DNA from: an uncultured virus (IMG/VR IMGVR_UViG_3300013382_000009)
Taxonomy: Duplodnaviria > Heunggongvirae > Uroviricota > Caudoviricetes
Reading direction: 5' to 3' (one strand)
Length of the DNA stretch: 64,000 nt
IMG/VR virus record: IMGVR_UViG_3300013382_000009
The position numbers were made by a program, and so were the translations under genes. Of the stretch, positions 57,915 through 64,000 are shown in pieces. Numbering within the stretch: position 1 is the stretch's first letter; each line of letters opens with the position of its first letter. The notes beneath the pieces were generated by a model that did no database searches, was not told where the DNA came from, and saw only the letters and a list, made by a program, of their open reading frames with translations.

Positions 57915-58415
57915 ATGTTTTCTGGACTAAGACAAAATTCATTGTTCTATGTCTTGGATAAAGGCGAGAACCCGACTTTGATAATCGGACAGGTTGTTTC
58001 GGTAAGCAATCCGCAGACCAAGTACCCATCGTTTAACAATGGCTTCACGCCGCAGCCTATGGAATCTGTGGTAGATGTGAAAGTGAAAATTGGCGATGAG
58101 GAGGTGGACTTCAAGCAGTTGCCAGCCAACGGTCAGATAGCCAACGACAAGAACCTTGTGGTGAGTGAAAGCAAGGATGCGATGAGTGCGGAGGTGGATG
58201 CGATGCTGAGGACTTCGAGGGCGATACTGGAGAGCGTAGATTACCACGAGAAGGTTGTAAAGTCTTGTGAGGGAATGCTACTGCAACCCAACCCCCAGAT
58301 AGCCAAGGAGAAGGAACAGGCTGAGAAGATTTCGAAGCTGGAGGGCAAGGTTTCTGGCATGGAAGGAAAGCTTGACCGCATGATGGGCTTGCTCGAAAAG
58401 GCTGTCAACAAGTAA
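57915..58415 (+). CDS. conserved hypothetical protein with C-terminal coiled coil
   Basis: 166-aa ORF. Confidence 0.75.
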   Translation: MFSGLRQNSLFYVLDKGENPTLIIGQVVSVSNPQTKYPSFNNGFTPQPMESVVDVKVKIGDEEVDFKQLPANGQIANDKNLVVSESKDAMSAEVDAMLRTSRAILESVDYHEKVVKSCEGMLLQPNPQIAKEKEQAEKISKLEGKVSGMEGKLDRMMGLLEKAVNK

Positions 58416-58453
58416 TCTCCTACTCTATCCATTCACTAAAGAATCTTTGAATT

Positions 58454-58735
58454 ATGGTTATGATTGAGATTACGGAAGACAAGTTTGATGACTTGTACGA
58501 GAACATCGAGAGTATGCTTCGCTTCGGTGGCAAGGCTATGACTTGCCTTGACAAGATGAAACATGAGAAGGAAGACCGATATGGCGAGCGGAATCCGATG
58601 CCAGACTACCGTGGACGATGGAGACACGGCTATCGTGAGGATGAGAACTACGAGGAAAAGGAGAGACGTGAGCGCATGGAGCGTGATACGCCCGACTATC
58701 GTGGTGGTGGCTACCGTGGAGGTGGCGGATATTAA
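58454..58735 (+). CDS. conserved hypothetical protein with R/G/Y-rich tail
   Basis: 93 aa ending YRGGGYRGGGGY. Confidence 0.7.
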   Translation: MVMIEITEDKFDDLYENIESMLRFGGKAMTCLDKMKHEKEDRYGERNPMPDYRGRWRHGYREDENYEEKERRERMERDTPDYRGGGYRGGGGY

Positions 58736-58800
58736 CTAAGTAAAGGTTTGGTTCCGACATTAATGCCGGTGCCAAACTTTTCTTTTAAAGGATTACTATT

Positions 58801-59211
58801 ATGAGAAAATACAGACAATCGCTGAATGCCTACGATTATCAGCCAGAGGAAATGAAGTCTTATCTCAGACAGAATGGTTGGCACTTCAACAAGAAGATGT
58901 GTGGGTGGGCAGTGAAGCAAATGCGGAAGAATGGGAAACCTATCAAGCCGATGAGCAACGAGGAGGTGGAAGAACTTCTGCACAAGTATGAGATAGAGCT
59001 AGAGAATAACGTGGGGCACGATGATTGCTACATCGCAAACATGTGCCGAGCCGATTTCTATGCTTCTTCGATTACAGACGAGAAGGCACTCGCTCAGTTT
59101 ATCAAGGATTATGTGGATGACGAGGATCAGCAGGACGGATTCATCTTCAATCGGTTTTATGCGGACTGCTCGCTGAATGGTGTGGGCATTCCTTGGGATG
59201 AAATATTGTAA
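58801..59211 (+). CDS. conserved hypothetical protein
   Basis: YLRQNGWHFNKKMC...ANMCRADF...DYVDDED. Confidence 0.75.
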   Translation: MRKYRQSLNAYDYQPEEMKSYLRQNGWHFNKKMCGWAVKQMRKNGKPIKPMSNEEVEELLHKYEIELENNVGHDDCYIANMCRADFYASSITDEKALAQFIKDYVDDEDQQDGFIFNRFYADCSLNGVGIPWDEIL

Positions 59212-59216
59212 GCGAT

Positions 59217-59594
59217 ATGACTGAGCAGGAGATATATCTGGAGAGGTATGACTGGACAGTGCATGTACTATATGATGTGCGGTCTAGGGATGCCATGTAT
59301 GTTAGAAGGTGTCTTCGGGATTTGGGATGCAAGGGCGTTCCTCTCGAAGATGCCTCTAATCTCGTGCTCAGAGGTGAGGCTAACAAGGGCTTGACTTATT
59401 CGAATGTCTCGAAGCGTGAGACGGTTGTGGCTATTGGATGGACTACTTCATCTGGCGAATATGCCAACAGCCTCAGCCACGAAATGCTGCATGGGGTGCA
59501 ACATATATCCGAGAAATACCTTATTAATATGTATGGAGAAGAAGCTTGCTGTCTGATGGGTGAATTGATGCAAGCAGCTGAAAAGGGAAGATAA
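59217..59594 (+). CDS. small zincin-like (HExxH) protein
   Basis: NSLSHEMLHGV...EEACC. Confidence 0.65.
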   Translation: MTEQEIYLERYDWTVHVLYDVRSRDAMYVRRCLRDLGCKGVPLEDASNLVLRGEANKGLTYSNVSKRETVVAIGWTTSSGEYANSLSHEMLHGVQHISEKYLINMYGEEACCLMGELMQAAEKGR

Positions 59595-59722
59595 TTAAAG
59601 AACTGTGCTTGGCATTGCTCCTTTAATGATTAATTATTTGCAGACTAAGCTATTAAAATTAATTTGAGGAAATTGTTATTATATTAAAATAAATTCGTAT
59701 CTTTGCAACAAAAATAAGGCTT

Positions 59723-60013
59723 ATGAAAAAGAAATTAAAGTATTATTCAGTTTATACAATTTTAAGTATTGTATGTATTATATGTGATAGTATGGTGGTT
59801 TATGCTTGCTACCAAAGTATAATAGAACATCCTGATAGTTTAATAATGAATATTTTTACATGTAGTTACGTTAGCATCATAGCTATTTTGTTAAATATTG
59901 CATTTTTCCTACAAGCTAAGGATTTGTTAAAACCTAGGAATGAATGTTTTATAGTTAAACTACCTGAAGTTGTGGAAAATGATAATTTTGAGTTTACTAA
60001 GCTAGACTTGTAA
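59723..60013 (+). CDS. AT-rich two-TM membrane protein (moron-like)
   Basis: own promoter TATCTTTG at 59698; two hydrophobic helices. Confidence 0.6.
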   Translation: MKKKLKYYSVYTILSIVCIICDSMVVYACYQSIIEHPDSLIMNIFTCSYVSIIAILLNIAFFLQAKDLLKPRNECFIVKLPEVVENDNFEFTKLDL

Positions 60014-60034
60014 ATTGGAAAATTAAAGAAATAA

Positions 60035-60074
60035 AGAAAGGAGTGTAATACTATTAACTACTACACTCCTTTCT
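60035..60074. terminator. bidirectional terminator
   Basis: AGAAAGGAGTGTA...TACACTCCTTTCT. Confidence 0.75.
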
Positions 60075-60088
60075 AATATCATATCTAC

Positions 60089-60283
60089 CTACTCAAACTT
60101 CGGCTCTTCATACACCAAGCCATGCTCATCTACGTAAGCCTTAGCTTCTGCGTATGTGTCAAACTCTACTGCGGTGGCTGTGTTGGCTGGGAATACCTCA
60201 GCGTTGTCACCTTGCTCTGTCAGAGGGAGAACCATCTTAGTTCCCTCGTGTACTACCTTGAATGGTTTTGTCAATTTGTTCAT
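60089..60283 (-). CDS. small tail-associated hypothetical protein
   Basis: 64 aa downstream of the LRR gene. Confidence 0.6.
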   Translation of the reverse strand: MNKLTKPFKVVHEGTKMVLPLTEQGDNAEVFPANTATAVEFDTYAEAKAYVDEHGLVYEEPKFE

Positions 60284-60308
60284 ATCTTGTTTCCTTTCTA
60301 TTACTTTT

Positions 60309-61436
60309 TTAATCTGTAAGTGGTATTATTGATACTGTATATCCCTTGTTCTGCAATGCTTGAACTGCGGAATCTGATGCTGAAGTTCTAGAGCCATTTG
60401 CTGTAATGGTCTTTTCCCAAGTAGCAGAACTGCTTGTGATTCCAACCTGACACTGGGCTAGGTCTTGCAGCATCTTATCTATCTTATCTATCTTTGGGTT
60501 ACCTTCAATTGCTAAGATTTTAGATGATGATGGACGTGAACTCCAAGAAAAGCTGTTGTTATCTACAAATAACATAGTTAATGTAGCTGGCAATGTAGCT
60601 AAATCTCCAGTCACGTTGCTTTTTTGAAGATCAAGTACAGTTAGCTTACTAAAATTATCAAAGGTATTAATGTTACCTGAAACATTATGTAATCTACAAT
60701 TTACTAACTGCGTCAAGTTCTTCAAGTTGGCAATGTCTCCAGTCACTTGTGTGTTGTTTAAGCCTAAGGAGGTCAACTGCGTCAAGTTCTTCAAGTTGGC
60801 AATGTCTCCAGTCACTTGCGTGTTGTTTAAGCCTAAGGAGGTCAACTGCGTCAAGTTCTTCAAGTTGGCAATGTCTCCAGTCACTTGCGTGTTGTTTAAG
60901 CCTAAGGAGGTCAACTGCGTCAAGTTCTTCAAGTTGGCAATGTCTCCAGTCACTTGTGTGTTGTTTAAGCCTAAGAAAGTCAACTGTGTCAAGTTCTTCA
61001 AGTTGGCAATGTCTCCAGTTGCTGATGAATTAGAGTTTATTAACTGTAAAAATCCCGTAGAATACTTAAGTCCTTCCAAAGAAAAGTGCTTATTGCCATT
61101 GTCGTTCGTGGTATTTTTTACCCAATCATTTAGTTTAGAAAAAGAATACTTATCTAAAACACATATATCACAGTCTGCATTTGATACATATACAGAAGTT
61201 GATATATCTTTTAAGACTGTAAGAGTTTTACCTAAGTTTACACTTAAGTTCTCATCTGTAAAGTAGGCATCACCAAGAATTTCTAGCTTAACATTTTTAC
61301 TAAAGGTAAAATTCTCTCCTCGATTGGAAGTTGTGGGAGATGCAGACTTGTCGAAATGAATACGAAACTCACCAATTCTAAGCAAGTCTGTGTTAGGTAC
61401 TGTACCATTTAATTTTGTAACTAAGCATTTACTCAT
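60309..61436 (-). CDS. leucine-rich-repeat protein (tail/receptor-associated)
   Basis: GDIANLKNLTQLTSLGLNNTQVT repeats; MSKCLVTKLNG N-terminus. Confidence 0.85.
   Translation of the reverse strand: MSKCLVTKLNGTVPNTDLLRIGEFRIHFDKSASPTTSNRGENFTFSKNVKLEILGDAYFTDENLSVNLGKTLTVLKDISTSVYVSNADCDICVLDKYSFSKLNDWVKNTTNDNGNKHFSLEGLKYSTGFLQLINSNSSATGDIANLKNLTQLTFLGLNNTQVTGDIANLKNLTQLTSLGLNNTQVTGDIANLKNLTQLTSLGLNNTQVTGDIANLKNLTQLTSLGLNNTQVTGDIANLKNLTQLVNCRLHNVSGNINTFDNFSKLTVLDLQKSNVTGDLATLPATLTMLFVDNNSFSWSSRPSSSKILAIEGNPKIDKIDKMLQDLAQCQVGITSSSATWEKTITANGSRTSASDSAVQALQNKGYTVSIIPLTD
60706..61019. repeat. 69-bp near-perfect tandem repeat, about 4.5 copies
   Basis: units start at 60706, 60775, 60844, 60913, 60982. 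Confidence 0.95.
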
Positions 61437-61454
61437 AATTATAATCTCCTATTA

Positions 61455-64000
61455 TTAATTTCTTGTATATTTATAAATTTTATCCATGTTGCCTATGCAC
61501 TTCTCTATCCATTTTTCCGCTCTATATAGGCTGTCAGCATGTCTGTACTCCTTTATAGGGGAATAAATAGAGATGGCATGTGGTTGATTTGCATCCAATG
61601 ACTTGGTAGGACTGATGCACTTGAACTTGTAATATCCCTGTACAGAGTTAAGTCCAAAGGAAACTACATCACCTACAGAGTAAGCATGACTGGCATCGAA
61701 AGTCTCAGAGGAATCTGTTTCAGCATTGCCTCTCTCATCCCTGATGAGTTCCCAATATTCATCCCTGACAAGGCTATTTGAAATACAAGGTGAGTCAGAC
61801 CATTTCTTGTATTCTTCCTTGTAGAAGTTTGTGCCTATCCTCATAGTCCAATCTCTCAGCTTACCACATATATTGTCAGCAGTTATGATGTCTGTATCTG
61901 CAAGTTCCTTGTATCTTGTATTTAATTCATCTGTGTAATAATTGCAGATATATCCTGTTGGTATATCAAAACTATGACCAAGCATGTGACTACTCAATGG
62001 CTCTGAGATTCTATCTCCCTTAAAGAAAGAACCAAAAGACTGGTCTAAGTCATAGGCATTGACCCACCATTTCTTGCCATCATAAGTAGTCCACTGCCAG
62101 TTCTTGCCAAAACCATCGCCATTATTTATTATATCCGAGAATATTTGATAGTCAATCCAATTGTCAACATCAAAATATGTCTCAAATACGTCCTTCAATG
62201 TCTTTAGGTCTTGCTCTGACTTGCTGGAAGCCTCATAAGTAGTTCGTGCTGCAATCAGTGAAGGCATAACCTCCGATAGGTCTTGGATGTATTTCTTGAC
62301 TTTGGCTGTCATTTGCAGTGCTTTCTTAATCTTGGCTGATATTGATGTTTCATCAGGAAGTTTTCCATTGGCTATCCATGTGTTTACTTCTTCCTCGCCT
62401 GCTATTTCCTCTTGCTTTATATCAGCATCATACTTGTTGCCTCCAATTGCATAGAGTCCCTTGGGGTTGCGTATCTCAAAATCAGACCAAGATATTTTGT
62501 CTTTTCCATTGAAGAAGGTCGTTGTATTGAGTGTTCCATCAAGGTGCACATGTTCTGCTGTATCCTTATTCATGTGATAATTGTCACGGTGCTTCTTTAA
62601 TTGGAAGGAGAATATACCATAGAACTCTCCTTCAAGGTACACTGCCACTGGGAAGCCATCAGGGAAACATCTTGCTCCTGTGTCTGTAAGAAGAGAGTAA
62701 TCTCCTACGTATGGGTTGTCAAAGCTTTTGGTTGTGATGGCTATCTTTGACATATCAATCAAGGCTTTCTTCCAAGGTCTATCATACATGTTTCCCCTAG
62801 TGCGTACAATCTGGTCATAGAACTTATATGACACAGCTCCAACACCACGGAAGAAGTCTGTATAGTATGCCTTCATGTGGAAGCTGTCTTGTGGAACCCA
62901 TTCACCTATTCGAACCTTTGGAGTATCATCTCCAACCCATTCATCATCACAAAGGTCAATGGCTACATTCTTCTTGACAAAGCCCATTGAGGAGCTACCT
63001 TGTGCATTGAGGATAGCGTGCTTCTTAAAGTAGTTGCCTTGCATATCCCAAAACTCCAAGAAAGCCTTCTTGTTCTGCGTCTTTGTGGTAGGCATACTAT
63101 CTATGTTGGTAATATTGATGATGGCAAAGCGAGGCTCTGGAATCTGAATGAAGCTGCTGTCACTCCAGTCAATAGGAGTTTTTACATCAAAACCATTTGC
63201 TTTAAGGGCATCTTGTATGTTGTTGACACTATTGCCTTGAAGGTTTAAATTGGAGACATTGAGTTTTTCAACTTGCATATTCTCCTCATGCTTCACTCCT
63301 TCTGAATCACGATAAGATAAGACCTTACTATCAGCATCAGTTGTTATCTCTGTCCTACCTTCTTTGTCCTCAATGGTGGAGTGTGCCTCCGCAACATCAG
63401 AATTTATGAGAGATTTTCCATCCTCCTTGTCAACTTTTGCATCAATGGTCTCAGACTTCATGTTGTAGGCATAGTGGCTACCATCTGGATTTGTGGTAGA
63501 AAGTACTCTACCGTCTGAATCAGTCTTAGCTGCAAGATACTCTGGGTTTTCTTGAAGTGAGAACACTGAAAGGAACTCTGAAATATTAGTTTCCAAAGTA
63601 CTAACCTTGCCTTGAAGAGTTGTGATGTTATTGGTGTTTGTCTTTATGCTATTATTGTGCCCATTCACTTTATCTTGCAGTGAAGCCAAATCTTCTTGGA
63701 GTTTTGAAACAACCTCTTTGAGAGCATTGACTGCATGAATCTCACCAATAATTTCTCCATCTCTTCTGATACCCAACAATACATGGTTCTCTGCATCAAG
63801 CCAGACAATATAGAACTCCTCATTTTGCTCCACATGGTACATTTCATTGAGAGGTAAGTATGGCTTGCCTGTCTTTCTGTAGATACCAAAGAGAAGCCTG
63901 CCCTCGCTATCTGTGATGGCTTTGATAAACTCTTTGTTCTCTATTACTTTGAAGTATTTATCTACTGGTGTCTTGAGGGCATTCTTATTGATAAACAAGC
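61455..64000 (-). CDS. CotH-kinase-like domain tail protein (5' end beyond window)
   Basis: QGSSSMGFVKKN, DGFPVAVYLEGEFYG, NGDGFGKNW, YDLDQSFG; upstream ~30-aa repeats and coiled coil. Confidence 0.75.
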   Translation of the reverse strand, partial: LFINKNALKTPVDKYFKVIENKEFIKAITDSEGRLLFGIYRKTGKPYLPLNEMYHVEQNEEFYIVWLDAENHVLLGIRRDGEIIGEIHAVNALKEVVSKLQEDLASLQDKVNGHNNSIKTNTNNITTLQGKVSTLETNISEFLSVFSLQENPEYLAAKTDSDGRVLSTTNPDGSHYAYNMKSETIDAKVDKEDGKSLINSDVAEAHSTIEDKEGRTEITTDADSKVLSYRDSEGVKHEENMQVEKLNVSNLNLQGNSVNNIQDALKANGFDVKTPIDWSDSSFIQIPEPRFAIINITNIDSMPTTKTQNKKAFLEFWDMQGNYFKKHAILNAQGSSSMGFVKKNVAIDLCDDEWVGDDTPKVRIGEWVPQDSFHMKAYYTDFFRGVGAVSYKFYDQIVRTRGNMYDRPWKKALIDMSKIAITTKSFDNPYVGDYSLLTDTGARCFPDGFPVAVYLEGEFYGIFSFQLKKHRDNYHMNKDTAEHVHLDGTLNTTTFFNGKDKISWSDFEIRNPKGLYAIGGNKYDADIKQEEIAGEEEVNTWIANGKLPDETSISAKIKKALQMTAKVKKYIQDLSEVMPSLIAARTTYEASSKSEQDLKTLKDVFETYFDVDNWIDYQIFSDIINNGDGFGKNWQWTTYDGKKWWVNAYDLDQSFGSFFKGDRISEPLSSHMLGHSFDIPTGYICNYYTDELNTRYKELADTDIITADNICGKLRDWTMRIGTNFYKEEYKKWSDSPCISNSLVRDEYWELIRDERGNAETDSSETFDASHAYSVGDVVSFGLNSVQGYYKFKCISPTKSLDANQPHAISIYSPIKEYRHADSLYRAEKWIEKCIGNMDKIYKYTRN

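Noticed and set aside
60706..61019. Possible CRISPR array
   Set aside because: Repeats are contiguous 69-bp in-frame coding units with no unique spacers, and no cas genes are visible
60089..64000. Diversity-generating retroelement targeting tail genes
   Set aside because: No reverse transcriptase and no TR/VR pair differing at adenines seen in this window
1..64000. Stop-codon reassignment as in some Prevotella and crAss-like phages
   Set aside because: Long genes are intact under the standard code, TAG, TGA and TAA all end genes, and no suppressor tRNA is seen

Overview
The window is almost certainly part of a large temperate phage of a Bacteroidota host, probably Prevotella/Segatella-like. 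The host inference rests on repeated TAnnTTTG promoters, a Bacteroidetes-type tyrosine integrase and the gene families present. No host housekeeping genes, capsid, portal or terminase are visible. From left to right: a rhomboid protease pair; a 944-aa probable virion protein; a long leftward early/recombination operon (RecT, Rad50/SbcC-like ATPase, MBL hydrolase, NinB-like, NinG, BRO-KilAC antirepressor); an ncRNA-dense leader and a cro/cI-type switch; a second leftward operon with an SPFH protein; an integrase flanked on both sides by TGATAAC repeats; a leftward array of very small genes under a second XRE switch with five operator repeats; an iteron-like/bent-DNA region; probable ejection proteins ending in a 6406-aa polyvalent protein (ParB-like, four zincin motifs, adenine MTase, strawberry-notch SF2 helicase, LPD38-like); four AT-rich moron-like genes; a six-gene cassette of unknown function interrupted by a NUMOD4-HNH endonuclease; and tail genes (LRR, CotH-like). 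The most unusual signal is non-coding. At least five tRNA-shaped elements, none with a usable anticodon, punctuate the leftward early transcripts. They occur alongside three covarying GC-rich three-way-junction repeats and two loop-target leader RNAs. All assignments are by eye from motifs; no database searches were run. There are two N-gaps (31232-31291, 56684-56693).
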